A model generated the notes under the pieces. The model was given only the letters and a program-made list of their open reading frames with translations, searched no databases and had not been told where the DNA came from. The position numbers were made by a program, and so were the translations under genes. Below are positions 38,450 to 51,378 of a DNA stretch of 64,000 nt, in pieces; within the stretch, counting starts at the first letter, position 1, and every line of letters begins with the position of its first letter. This DNA is from Octopus sinensis (Eukaryota), in assembly GCF_006345805.1 (NCBI RefSeq), contig NC_043003.1, positions 98,332,001-98,396,000 on the forward strand, in the 5' to 3' direction.

Positions 38450-38659
38450 GTGGCGAGCTAGCACAATCTTTAGCACATTAGACGAATTGCTTAGCGGTAT
38501 TTCGCCCGTCGATACGTTCTGAGTTCAAATTTCACTGAGGTCGACTTTGCCTTTCATCCTTTCAGGGTCGATGAAATAAGTACCAGTTACGCACTGTGAT
38601 CGATGTAATCAACTAGCCTCCTCCCCCCAAATTTCAAGTCTTGTGCCTATAGAAGAAAG

Positions 38660-38665
<6 letters not shown>
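38450..38665 (+). mobile_element. SINE family B copy
   Basis: gtggcgagctagcac...gagttcaaatttcactgaggtcgactttgcc...gtgcctatagaagaaag, then (ATT)n. Confidence 0.8.
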
Positions 38666-38698
<33 letters not shown>

Positions 38699-38730
38699 GA
38701 TTATTATTGTTGTTGTTGTTGTTGTTGTTA

Positions 38731-38774
<44 letters not shown>

Positions 38775-38781
<7 letters not shown>

Positions 38782-38990
38782 TATTATTATTGCTTTTGCA
38801 CAGCTTCTAACGCTGGAGATGTGCTATAGTGTCAGCTGTTCACTCCAAGTGAACTAAGGTAACACCTCTCATTTTTCGAGTACCTTCCGGAATATTCAAG
38901 CGGTTCCAAGCAGTGCTGTTTTCTGCAACTGCCCCACCCTTATTGCAGCCCCTATTTGTTCCACGTACTTCTCGAGATTTTTGCTCTATT
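38775..38990 (-). mobile_element. R4/Dong LINE 3' tip and UTR within (ATT)n
   Basis: Minus strand LEKYVEQIGA...LQKTALLGTA..FRKVLE (frameshifted); flanked by (ATT)n on both sides. Confidence 0.7.
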
Positions 38991-39030
38991 ATTATTGTTA
39001 TTATTGTTATTATTATTATTATTATTATTA

Positions 39031-39062
<32 letters not shown>

Positions 39063-39089
39063 TATTATTTCATCAAGGAGGGGAGTTCG

Positions 39090-39292
39090 CAGATTCGTTA
39101 ACATGCAGGTCGAAATATTCAAGGGTATTTCGCCCGGTGCTACGTTCTGATTTCAAATTCCGCTGAGGTCGACTTTGTTTCTCATTCTTTCGGGGGTTGA
39201 TAAATTAAGTACCAGTGAAACAATGGGGTCGATGGAATCGAATGGTTCCACCCTGCCAAATTTCAGGCCCTGTGCCTAGAATTAGAAAGGAT
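39090..39292 (+). mobile_element. SINE family B copy
   Basis: Head-to-tail match with 40927-41143. Confidence 0.7.
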
Positions 39293-39433
39293 TATTATTA
39301 TTATTATTATGGTATCTTCTGTGTTTCGATGTGAAAGCATTTATTGTTTCTAGCATAATAACTGATTATTATTAGTGTTATTATTACTACAAGATATTAT
39401 TGTTCGTTGGTTTATTTTTGTTTTTGTCCTAAT

Positions 39434-39843
39434 AGGCGCAGGAGTGGCTGTGTGGTAAGTAGTTTGCTTACCAACCACATGGTTCCGGGTTCAGTCCCAC
39501 TGCGTGGCACCTTGGGCAAATGTCTTCTACTGTAGCCTCGGGCCGACCAAAGCCGTGTGAGTAGATTTGGTAGGCGGAAACTGAAAGAAGCCCGTCGTAT
39601 ATATGTATATATATATATATGTGCGTGCGTGTATGTTTGTGTGTCTGTTTGTCCCCCTAGCATTGCTTGACAACCGATGCTGGTGTGTTTATGTCCCCGT
39701 CACTTAGCGGTTCGGCAAAGAGACCGATAGAATAAGTACTGGGCTTACAAAGAATAAGTCCCGGGGTCGATTTGCTCGATTAAAGGCGGTGCTCCAGCAT
39801 GGCCGCAGTCAAATGACTGAAACAAGTAAAAGAATAAAAGAGA
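39434..39843 (+). mobile_element. SINE family A, full-length reference copy
   Basis: tRNA-like head (ggagtggctgtgtggtaag A box, gggttcagtccc B-box-like), body, internal TA/TG tract, tail gctccagcatggccgcagtcaaatgactgaaacaagtaaaagaataaaag. Confidence 0.9.
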
Positions 39844-40091
39844 ATACTGTATTTGCTAAAATATTTCTCATACAAATGCTTGATGTTATTGATGATGATG
39901 ATGATATATATGTTATGATACCGATGAAGATGACGACGACGGCGATACTGCTACTGCTGCTGCTGCTACTGATCGTCATCGTCATCATTGCCACTGTTGC
40001 GATAGTCACCATTTTCCTCATCGTCGTCGTTGCCGTCGCTGTCGTCGTCGTCATGATCATTACCATCATCACTACCAGAGGACCCATCATT

Positions 40092-40127
<36 letters not shown>

Positions 40128-40926
40128 GTCGTCGTCGTCGTCGTCCGTCGTCGTTATCATCTTTAACAGCGTCGTACACTCAAAAAGAGTAATCTCAGTT
40201 GTCATGAAAATACACTTTACGTGTTCCAATAAATATTACACAACATGAATCAAAAGTTCTTTGTTTGACTGATTTTACAATTAATTGACATTATTGCTGT
40301 TACCCAGTACAGCAAAATAATGTTTGAGGTTACACATCTCGACAGCTTTGTCAGTAATAGCCAGACAGAGCGAATAACAACGGAGAGTAGAGCGACAAAG
40401 ACAAATTGATTTGTTGTGCATTAAGAAGAGAATACACGTCCACAAAAATGGGTGAGTTTAGTAATGTTGGTCTGAAATTTTGGCATAAGGCCAGCAATTT
40501 CAGGAATGGGGCTAAGTCGATTATATCGGTCCCAGTAATCAACTGGCAGAAACGTTAGCACGGGCGAAATGCTTAGCGGTATTTCGTCTGCGTTGCGTTG
40601 TGAGTTCGAATTCCGCCGAGGTCGACTTTGCCTTTCATCCTTTCGGGGTCGATAAATTAAGTACCAGTCACGCACTGGGGTCGATGTAATCGACTTAATA
40701 CCTATGTCTGTCCTTGTTTGTCCCCTCTGTGTTTAGCCCCTTGTGGGTAATAAAGAAATAGGTACTTATTTCATTGACCCCAAAGGGATGAAAATCTATG
40801 ACGACCTCGGCGTAATTTGAAATCAGAACGTAAAGATGGATAAAATGCTGCTACCATTTTACTCGGATTGCTAACGATCCTGCCAACTTGCCGCTGCTCA
40901 GTTTAGTAATATTAAGCATCAGTTTG

Positions 40927-41143
40927 AAGGTGGCGAGCTGGCAGAAACGTTAGCACGCCGGGCGAAATGCTTATCGGTATTTCGTTTGTCATTACGTTCT
41001 GAATTCAAATTCCGCCGAGGTCGACTTTGCCTTTCCTCCTTTCGGGGTCGATAAATTAAGTACCAGTTGCATACTGGGGTCAATCTAATTAGCTGGCCCC
41101 TCCCCCAAAATTTCGGGCCTTCTGCCTAGAGTAGAAAAGAATA
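40927..41143 (+). mobile_element. SINE family B, full-length reference copy
   Basis: ggtggcgagctggcagaaacgttagc (A box) ... gaattcaaattcc (B box) ... gcctagagtagaaaaga. Confidence 0.9.
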
Positions 41144-41849
41144 TTGAGCGTCAGTTTTATATAATGTTGCTGAGAAAATGAACTAAGGAAGGGGTTCTGA
41201 AGGGTGCTGTTTTAAAGAAAGGAAGAATTATAAGAGGAAAGTGTTTAGTATGTTGCCTAAGACGGAAGGCATGTTAAGGGCAGGTGGAAAACAATATATT
41301 GCTTTCAAGTTTTGGCACAAGACCAGGAATTTCCGTGGAGGAATAGTTTGAATCTATCGGCACCAGTACTCAACTGGTACTTATTTTATCGACCCCGAAC
41401 GGATGAGAGGCAAAGTCGACCTCCGCGGAATTTAAACTCAAAATGAAGACGGACGAAATGCAACTAAGCGCTTTGCCTGTCGTGAGAGGATGTCATATAT
41501 TGAAGTGTCATGAATTAAATTGTTAATTTTTATCGCTTATATTTACTTCTAGGCCGGTCTTCATCGAGCAGATTAAAGGTTATCTCAACCGTAGTCATCC
41601 TGTCTTTTAGACACATGTACAGCTGAGTGCGCTAGGGGACTAAGAGATAATTAGCAAGAGCAAGAGTTTTGATGTATGTGTATGCATGTGTGTATGCGTA
41701 TGCGTGTATGTGTGCAGACTGAGGAAGTGTTCCAGTTGGAGTGAGTAACATGCAAACGGACTTGTATAATAGCGACAATCGACTTATGGAAACACGTGTT
41801 AACAATTCTGACAGCTCGCTGCCTTAGTATCAGACTAACAATGTTTTCA

Positions 41850-42370
41850 AATTTTGGCACAATGTCAGTAATTTCAGGGGCGGAGGTAAATCGATAACAT
41901 CGACACCAGTGATCAACTGGTACTTATTTCATCGACACCGAAGGTATGTAAGGCAAAGTCAACCCCGGAGAGATATGAACTAAAAACGTAAAGACGAGAT
42001 ACCTATTTCTTTACTACCCACAAGAGGCTAAACACAGAGAGGACAAACAAGAACAGACAAACGTATTAAGTCGATTATATCGACCCCAGTGCGTAACTGG
42101 TACTTATTTAATCGACCCCGAAAGGATGAAAGGCAAAGTTGACCTCGGTGGAATTTGAACTCAGAACGTAGCGGCAGACGAAATACCTATTTCTTTACTA
42201 AACACAAGGGGCTAAACACAGAGGGAACGAAAAAGGACAGACAAACGGATTAAGTCGATTATATCGACCCCAGTGTATAACTGGTACTTATTTAATCGAA
42301 TTTGAAATCGAAGGACGAAATACCATCAAGCATTTCGCCCGGTGTGCTAACGTTTCTGCCAGCTCGCCGT
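41850..42370 (-). mobile_element. Tandem SINE-B-derived 184-bp modules
   Basis: Repeated junction gacga(a/g)atacctatttctttacta at ~42000 and ~42185. Confidence 0.8.
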
Positions 42371-42507
42371 CTTCCGAGTGAGACTAATATTATAAGTCGA
42401 ATGTAATTTCAGAACTAAAATTATAGACATAGATATATGAAGTATTTCAGACGTTAATTATATTCTTACTATTGTAAATACAAATTAAGTGAAAGTGGAT
42501 TGAAGTG

Positions 42508-42721
42508 CAGTAATCCCTCGACTATCGCGGGTGTTACGATAGATGAAAATTCACGAAGTAGAAACAATATTGTACTGTATATTTTTTTCTGTTATTTTTA
42601 TAATTTCTCTATAATTATTTTATTATAAATGCAAAACATACCACAGAGGAATCGACGGTAGCTTAAACCGCGATAATAATAAACCGCGATAGGTGAACCG
42701 CGATATGGTGAGGGATTACTG
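42508..42721. mobile_element. pogo/Tigger-type MITE
   Basis: TIRs cagtaatccctcgactatcgcgg / ccgcgatatggtgagggattactg, with an internal triplicated aaccgcgata. Confidence 0.75.
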
Positions 42722-43026
42722 AACTTAAATGGGGAAAAAACAATAGTTGGATGAAGACGAAGAAGAAAGCTATGATAAAGAAATAAAGGAGATATTAAAC
42801 AATAGAGAGAAATGAGAAGACAGGCGATGGATAAGAAAAATAATATAGAAGATGCTGAATAAAACAACAAACAAATTGTGAAGAATAAAATGGAAGGCGA
42901 AGCTCTTTTTTCCAAGGAATGTCTAAACTTTCAAACATGTGGACGAAAGAAAGGAAAGGTTAAAATGCGGGCAAGAAAACGCCCCCACACAAATCATACG
43001 CTCACGTATATACATATATGTCCGTC

Positions 43027-43079
<53 letters not shown>

Positions 43080-43112
43080 TCTGTAATATTAAATATCGTA
43101 TATATATCTGTA

Positions 43113-43156
<44 letters not shown>

Positions 43157-43170
43157 TATATATATATTCC

Positions 43171-43221
<51 letters not shown>

Positions 43222-43924
43222 CTGTCTGTCGTCTCTCTCTGTCCTCTGTGTTCTCTCTCACTCTCTCTCTATATATATAATATATATATATATATATTTA
43301 TATACATATAACCAATATGTATATTTACATACATATACTTAGACATTCACTCACGTAGATACGCATCGACATATGTATACATAATGTCTGCGTATACACA
43401 CACACACACACACACGCACACACACACATCCTCACACACACACACACCACCACATCCTCACACTCATACACGCGCGCACACACACAAACACACACACACA
43501 CACACACATATATAAATCTAAAATTGACTGCAACGCTACTAAAACATTCCTGAACATATATTTTAATCCAGGGAGTTAATCCTGCTGGGAATGTCGGGTG
43601 GGTTCAGTGAAGATAAAGACATTTCCCTACTTTTTTTTCATTTTATTTCCTGATTTTTTTTCTCTTTATTATTTATCTTTGTTCATGCTGTCACTTAGAT
43701 TTTATTTATTTGTATGCGTGTTGTTGTCATTGTTGTTGTTGTTGTGGTGGTGGTGGTGTAGATGGGGGGAAGCTGGTGGAGATGGTGACGGTGGAGGTTG
43801 GAGATGGTGGTGGTGGTGGTGGTAGTGGTGTTTATTGTCGCCATTTCTGTTCTTGTTGCCGTAATTGTTGGTCATGTTGTTATTATCATTCTGGATTTCG
43901 AACGAAAATAACTGAAATCATGGA

Positions 43925-43975
<51 letters not shown>

Positions 43976-44088
43976 ACACATATGCACAGAAGGACACACG
44001 CACACACGCACGCTCACACACACACTTATATATCCGTATGTGTACATAAATGTATATATGTATACACACGCACACACTTATGTGTGTT

Positions 44089-44128
<40 letters not shown>

Positions 44129-44359
44129 TATATGCATTTATGTACCCTAATGTGTATATATATATATATATATATAGATATATATAGAATGGTTGTATAC
44201 TGTCAATCTAACAAGAACGTGACAGTAGGGGGTACACCACCGTTGTATAGCCCTAGGAGGCATCGAACGCCTCCTGACAGCTTCGACCCATTTTTTCCCT
44301 GTGTCCTTATATACATATATGAAGGGGAGACAAACACCCCCGGCCGTCGGAACTGCATC

Positions 44360-44400
44360 TAGGGACACCGTGTTTCAGGATCATTGTCCTCATCGGCCTA
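44360..44400 (-). ncRNA. Type I hammerhead motif (copy 0, antisense)
   Basis: Reverse complement TAGG CCGATGA GGA CAATGA TCCT GAAAC ACGGT GTC CCTA. Confidence 0.7.
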
Positions 44401-44471
44401 GAGTAGCAGACCCGGTCGCTGGTGTATTTGCCTCGACTTCATAATTGTATATATGTATACTCAGTGAATTA

Positions 44472-44513
44472 TAGGCCGATGAAGGACAATGATCCTGAAA
44501 CACAGTGTCCCTA
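44472..44513 (+). ncRNA. Type I hammerhead motif (copy 1)
   Basis: TAGG CCGATGA AGGA caatga TCCT GAAAC ACAGT GTC CCTA: stem I TAGG/CCTA, stem II AGGA/TCCT, stem III ACAC/GTGT, GUC cleavage triplet. Confidence 0.8.
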
Positions 44514-44836
44514 GATGCAGTTCCGACGGCCGCGGGTGTTTGTCTCCCCTTCATATAAGTATATAAGGACACAGGGAAAAAATGTGTCGAAGCTGTCAGG
44601 AGGCGTTCGATGCGTCTTAGGGCTATACAACGGTGGTGTACCCCCTACTGTCACGTTCTTGTTAGATTGACAGTATACAACCATTCTATCGCCCCACCAC
44701 CGTACGTGTCTCTACGAGAGATTTAGAAATTCAATATTTCTTATTTTGATAATCAGTGAATAAACTTCACTGAGTATACATATATACAATTATGAAGTCG
44801 AGGCAAATATCACCAGTCGACCGGTATCTGCTAATC

Positions 44837-44878
44837 TAGGCCGATGAAGGACAATGATCCTGAAACACGGTGTCCTTA
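44837..44878 (+). ncRNA. Type I hammerhead motif (copy 2)
   Basis: TAGG CCGATGA AGGA caatga TCCT GAAAC ACGGT GTC CTTA, 365 nt downstream of copy 1. Confidence 0.8.
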
Positions 44879-45329
44879 GATGCAGTTCCGACGGCCGGGG
44901 GTGTTTGTCTCCCCTTCATATATGTATATAAGGACACAGGGAAAAAATGTGTCGAAGCTGTCAGGAGGCGTTCAAGGCCTCCTAGGGCTATACAACGGTG
45001 GTGTGCCCCCTACTGTCACGTTCTTGTTAGATTGACAGTATACAACCATTCTATCGCCCCACCACCGTACATGTCTCTACGAGAGATTTAGAAATTCAAT
45101 ATTTCTTATATATATGTATATATATATTTCAGTGTGTGTCAGAGGTTGAGAAACCAACTAAGAGATAGTACCTATCCAATATACTGCTGGTAGTGTACCC
45201 AATTATTCTTACCCAAGTACTAGCTATTGCGTGGCAAGCTCGCAATTGAGTGTTATATATGGGCGGGGTAAAAAGTGGTTTACCCTTGATTTATACGGCA
45301 AATAAGAAAGAGAAGAATATATTAGATGA

Positions 45330-45675
45330 ATTCATACTCATGTACTAATAGTACAGAAATGAGGAAATGAGCAGATTGTCAGTAGGTAATGACAATCTGC
45401 ACATTTGCTCATTTCTGTACTACTAATACATGTGTATGTATTTCATAAGTAGACATACTAGAATGTTTACCGGTTGATGTCGGTCGATTTTGTATCCTCT
45501 CCACTTCCTTATTTGCCGTGTGCTTTCTCTCCTTGTTTCTTTCTGTGTTCCTTTCTGTTGAAGAGCGTAGGCTCGAAACGTTAAAGACTTTTTCCACTTC
45601 CCAAGCGTTATACTAATACATCTGTTTGTTGTCTACATCACCTGTCTTCGTATTTTCTTTTTTTGTGAATTCACC

Positions 45676-45680
<5 letters not shown>
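45330..45680 (+). mobile_element. PLE terminal-repeat-like element with short 5' inversion and A6U hammerhead-like motif (45551-45586)
   Basis: Hairpin gtacagaaatgag..gcagattgtca / tgacaatctgc..ctcatttctgtac, then CTTT CTGTTGA A GAGC GTAG GCTC GAAAC GTT AAAG. Confidence 0.6.
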
Positions 45681-45712
<32 letters not shown>

Positions 45713-45951
45713 TATATATATATATATATAATATATATATTATATAGGCACAGGAGTGACTGTATGCTTCCCAACCACATTGTTCCTGATTCAGACCCAC
45801 TGCGTGTCTTCTGCTATAGCCTCGGCCGTCCAAGTGAGTTTATTTGGTAGACGGAAACTGAAGAAGCCCGTCATGTGTGTGTGTGTGTATACCTACATAC
45901 ATATATATCTATATATATATATATATATATATATATCTATAGATATATATA

Positions 45952-45984
<33 letters not shown>

Positions 45985-46083
45985 ATAGAGGGCATTATAC
46001 ATACATGCCAGGAGGCATTCAACATATATTATATATATATATATATAGTAAGGATATATATAGTTAAGTATATATATAGTTAA

Positions 46084-46135
<52 letters not shown>

Positions 46136-46479
46136 CAAATATATACATATCTATATATATATAATATTATATATATGTGTTGTGTGTTGTGTGTGAGAGT
46201 GGTGTGTGTACGTATGTATTTGTGTATCTGTGCTTGTGCCCCAAATATCGCTTGACAACTGATTGTATGTTTACTTCCCGTAAACTAGAGGTTCAACAAA
46301 AACAGACCGATAAAATAAGTACTAGGCTTACAAAGAATAAATCCTAGGGATTGATTTGTTCGACTAAAGGTTGTCCTCCAGCATGGCCGCAGTCAAATGA
46401 CTGAAGCAGTAAAAGAATAAAAGACTAAAAGAAGAATTTATTTAAACATACATATATGTGTTGTGAGTGTGTATGAATG

Positions 46480-46510
<31 letters not shown>

Positions 46511-46713
46511 ATATAATAATATATATATATTATATATGTATGTATGTATGTATGTGTATGTATGTATAATATATATATATATATAAGTAATAATAGCAAT
46601 AGGGTTTAGCAACGAGTGCCTTACCACATACCGAATTTAGAAAAGCAGTCAAAGGGTTATAGCTATTTCTTCTACTAAAAAGGGAGATCTCAGTAAAAAC
46701 AGCATATATATAT

Positions 46714-46751
<38 letters not shown>

Positions 46752-47000
46752 CAGTAAAAACAGAACATATATATATATATATATATCTATATATATATAT
46801 ATATTATATATATATATATATATACATAATACATGTATGTATGTCTGTATGTGTGTGCTGTGCATGTGGTGTTATATCATGTCTTCAAAAATATCAAAAT
46901 GACATTAAACAAGTCATACACATGAAAAAGGATATTTGTTAAAGAAAATAAAATTACGTAAAAAGAGTACCAATAATGTAATACACACACTCACGGACTC

Positions 47001-47041
<41 letters not shown>

Positions 47042-47072
47042 CTCTCTGTCTGTCTGTCTGTATGTCTGTCTC

Positions 47073-47105
<33 letters not shown>

Positions 47106-47374
47106 CACACACAGATTCACAAGCGATTAATTGTGTGAAGCGGTAGGCAGGCAAAGCGGTGTGTATGGGACCGAACATTTTTGACGATTTCAACAGTATA
47201 AATGATAGTAGCTGGGAATTAGTATGCTGTTATATCTACAATTAAAACACCCTAGGGATTTAATAAGTAAGCGAGTAGTAAGTTCTGGCGAAGCACATAC
47301 GGTATTTCAGCTGTTCCGCCTTACAGAAGGGCACCAGATGTCACTGCATCGACTTTCATAACAACATATTCAAT

Positions 47375-47920
47375 ATGATCTCTCCTTTGCTCTCTCTGTC
47401 CCCTTGCTCACTCTCCCCTTCTCTCTCCCCTTGCTCTCTCACCCCTTGTTCTCTCTTCCCTTGCTCTCTCTCCCCTTGTTCTCTCTCCCCCTTGCTCTCT
47501 CTCCCCTTGTTCTCTCTCCCCTTGCTCTCTCTCTCCTTGCTCACTCCCCTTGCTCTCTCTCCCCTTGCTCTCTCCCCTTGCTCTCTCATCCCTTGTTTTC
47601 TCTTCCCTTGCTATCTCTCCCCTTCTCTCTCCCCTTGCTCTCTTCCCCTTGTTCTCTCCCCTTGTTCTCTCCCCTTGCTCTCTTTCCCATTGTTCTCTCT
47701 CCCCTTGCTTACTCTCCCCTTCTCTCTCCCCTTGCTCTCTCACCCCTTGTTCTCTCTCCCCTTGCTCTCTCCCCTTGTCTCTCTCCCCTTGCTCTCTCTC
47801 CCCTTGCTCTCTCTCCCCTTGCTCTCTCTCCCCTTGCTCTCTCCCCTTGCTCACTCCCCTTGCTCTGTCTCCCCTTGCTCTCTCTCTACTTGCTCACTCT
47901 CCCCTTCTCTCTCCTTCATA
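47375..47920. repeat. Polypyrimidine minisatellite, ~13-bp unit (ctctctccccttg)n
   Basis: Directly visible; the source of the SPCSL/REQGE ORFs. Confidence 0.95.
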
Positions 47921-48461
47921 GACTCAACAATAATCACTCTCATTCTTTGCTGTTGTTTACCACGTCGTGACATGCTCAAAGACCATCATGTCATATCGTA
48001 TATGCCATGCGATAGTATACTGTAGGATGCAAGCCAACGAAGTAGCCACAATGTCAGTCATGAGCAAACTGCGGCTCGCGTGACTTTCTGAATGTTCCGC
48101 CTAACAAACAATTGCCTTGAATTTCTTAATTGGTGCAGCCCGCCTGATCATGAGCTACGTCGCATGCAGCCCGCTTCTCGACAAAGGATGCTCATACCTG
48201 TTCTATGTTATTGCTCCAGTTGCTAGAAATAAAAGCAAAATGCTATCAAGTCACTCAATACTATATTTTAAAAAAACCAACTATTACTAGAGTATAGAAT
48301 ACGTGGCAAGTTGTTCCGCTAGAAATAATAGCCAAATTCCAGCATATCACACACTTCTGTCTTAATCAGGTGAGTATACGATGTTCATACCATTACCCTG
48401 CAATCGGATGAGAGTCGAGAATGAACCTCGGTGTGGTCGTCTTACCTTCTAGAAATAACAT

Positions 48462-49065
48462 AGAGGCGGAGAGCTGGCAGAAATGTTAGCACGCCAGGCG
48501 AAATGCTTAGCGCTTTTTCGTTTGCCGCTACGTTCTGAGTTCAAATTCCACCGAGGTCGACTTTGCTTTTCATCCTTTCGGGGGTCGATTAAATAAATAC
48601 CAGTTACGCACTGGGGTTGATATAATCGATTTAATCCGTGTGTCTGTCCTTGTTCGTTCCCTCTGTGTTTAGCCCCTTGTGGGTAGTAAAGAAATAGGTA
48701 TTTCGTCTGCCGTTACGTTCTGAGTTCAAATTCCACCGAGGTCAACTTTGCCTTTCATCTTTTCGGGGTCGATTAAATAAGTACCAGTTACGCACTGGGG
48801 TCGATATAATCGACTTAATACGTTTGTCTGTTCTTGTTTGTCCTCTCTGTGTTTAGCCCCTTGTGGGTAGTAAAGAAATAGGCATTTCGTCTGCCGTTAC
48901 GTTCTGAGTGCAAATTCCGCCGAGGTAGATTTTGTCTTTCATCCTTTCAGGGTCGATAAATTAAGTACCAGTTACGCACTGGGGGTCGCTGTAACCGACC
49001 TAATCGCTTTGTCTATCCTTGTTTGTCCCCTCTATGCTTAGCCCCTTGTGGGCAATAAAGAAATA
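48462..49065 (+). mobile_element. SINE B head followed by three tandem ~184-bp modules
   Basis: gttctgagt at 48532, 48717 and 48901; junction aagaaatagg(t/c)atttcgtctgccg. Confidence 0.9.
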
Positions 49066-49543
49066 TGAAATAGCATAAAATACGGGGGTTCGATGTAATC
49101 GACTTCACCCGTAACTCGAAATTGCTGGCCTTGTACTAAATGGCGAAGTCTTATCTTCTAGAAATAACATAGACAGAAACTGAAATCACATTGGATAATG
49201 TAGCATTAAATATAAAACATATGGGATGGTCACTGCCCGAACATTTTTCAACATAAGACTCATCTGGGGCTAAAAAATAGCTACAACAATATTATGGAGT
49301 AGGACACCAAATATGTGTGGAATTCGCATCCTTTACAGCCATTGTGATTGTCATTATCATTGTCATCGTTATGATCTGAGTGTAACCTTGGATACGAGTG
49401 TATGTGTGTTCATATGTTTCTTTAAGTGTGTGTGAGTGTGTGTAAGTGTGTGTGCGAGTGTGTGTTTGTTTATGTATTTCCATGGATCAATGAGATTAAG
49501 TCGTTAAAAGTCTGTTTCAGAAAGAGCGGCTGCGAATCGAACT

Positions 49544-49668
<125 letters not shown>

Positions 49669-49915
49669 ACTAACTAACTAACTACTAACTACTAAATAGC
49701 CAATCGTTAGAGGTAGGTTTTGTCCCGTAAATGCAGGTGCTGTAAGGTCGAACAGTTAAGAAGTTCGTTTTGTAATCATGAAGTCCGGGTTTCGATTCAT
49801 CTGCGTGGCATTTTAGCTGAATGTCATTCTGTAGTCTAGGGTGGACTCATAACGTATGAGTGATATGACAAGTCGTAAACTGTGTAGAAACCTGTCGGCT
49901 GGGTATGTATGTTTG

Positions 49916-49959
<44 letters not shown>

Positions 49960-49972
49960 TATATATATATAT

Positions 49973-50320
49973 AGGCGCAGGCGTAGCTGTGTGGTAAGAA
50001 GCTTACTTATTAACCACATGGTTCCCGGTTTAATCCCACTGCATGACATCTTTGGCAAGTGTCTTGTACTGTGGCCTCAGGCCGACCAAAGACGTGTGAG
50101 TGGATTTGATAGACGGAAACTACGTGAGTCTGTGTTTGGCCCCCATCATCTCTTGACAACCGATGCTGGTGTGTTTATGAGCCCGTAACTTAGCAGTTCG
50201 GCAAAAGAAGCTTACAAGGAATAAGTCCTGGGGGTCGCTTTCTTCGACTAAAACTCTTAAGGCCGTTCTCCAGCATGGCCGCAGTCAAATGACTGAAAGA
50301 AGTAAAAGAATAAAAGAATA
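49973..50320 (+). mobile_element. SINE family A near-full copy
   Basis: aggcgcaggcgtagctgtgtggtaag ... ccagcatggccgcagtcaaatgactgaaag. Confidence 0.85.
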
Positions 50321-51378
50321 CACACACACACACACATATATATATTTGCACATACACACACATATACACAGGAACATTCACGCACACAATTCTTCCTTCT
50401 TTTTTCTCCAGACACTTGGTATCACATGACAAGCATTCTTATCGCAACTCCTGTCAGAATTCTTCCGAGGATTGTGTTAAGATTACTTTTCAGGCTTTCA
50501 AAATATTTTTTTTGTTTTTCATTTCACCAATACGAATTCCCAGATATGAGGAAACTTAGCTACAATTTGTCGCACGAGTGATCACGTAAACCTGTGTGCT
50601 GATACGGATTGTATCGTTCTCTTTGCTCCATTTTAATGCAGAGGGAATCTTGTTGCTATTTTAATACTACGAGTAATGCATGATACATATCTATATGATA
50701 CGCTACAATATTATAGCCGATCATACAGGCAATTGTTGTTGGGACAATAGTTTTCAAATTTTGGTACAAGACCGGTAGTTTCGGGGTGGGGGCAACTTCA
50801 TTACAATGACCCAGTTTTCAGTTGGTACATATTTTATAGACCCTAAAAGGATAAGTCGACCCCGGTAGTATTTGGACTCAGAATGTAAAATCGGAAGAAA
50901 TACTGCTAAGCATTTCCCGCCATAGTGACGATTTTGCCAGCCTCACAGATCATAATATTGGCTTCAAAATTTAGTACAAGGCCAGAAATTTCGAGTTACA
51001 GGTGAAGTCGATTACATCGAACCCCCGTATTTTATTGCTAATTTGTTTTATTGATCCCGGATAGATGAATAACAAAAATGAGCTCGTCGAGATTTAAGCA
51101 CAAACCTTTAAATGTTATATCATGGTGATTCCGTGCCCAAACAGAGAACTGACATTCAACTACATTGAAGTTATTGACTGATACATGACATGAAATTTCA
51201 GATGTACCAAAGCTGATCAGTAACAGAATTTTGGAACAGCATTGCGAAAGGAGATTTTGGTTTTAGTATGACATGTAATAAATTAACACATGAACTTGAA
51301 CGTGATCGTTTAAATTGCTCGAAATAGCAGCAAAGCTACGTCCATTATTTATATTCATTAGAATAGTGGAATGGTGAG

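Larger units (their letters stand above)
44184..45108. mobile_element. Retrozyme-like non-coding element: one inverted partial copy plus two tandem copies of a 365-bp unit
   Basis: Minus copy 44184-44469; plus copies from 44472 and 44837 (period 365); bounded by (TA)n; no protein-like ORF. Confidence 0.8.

Noticed and set aside
41553-41630. Plus-strand exon after a strong-looking acceptor
   Set aside because: No good donor, the frame closes quickly, and the segment resembles a dispersed repeat tail.
48199-48223. 25-nt minus-strand micro-exon (NWSNNIEQ)
   Set aside because: The acceptor lies in a ctagaaata motif that recurs nearby (48318, 48450) and looks repeat-derived; chance match likely.
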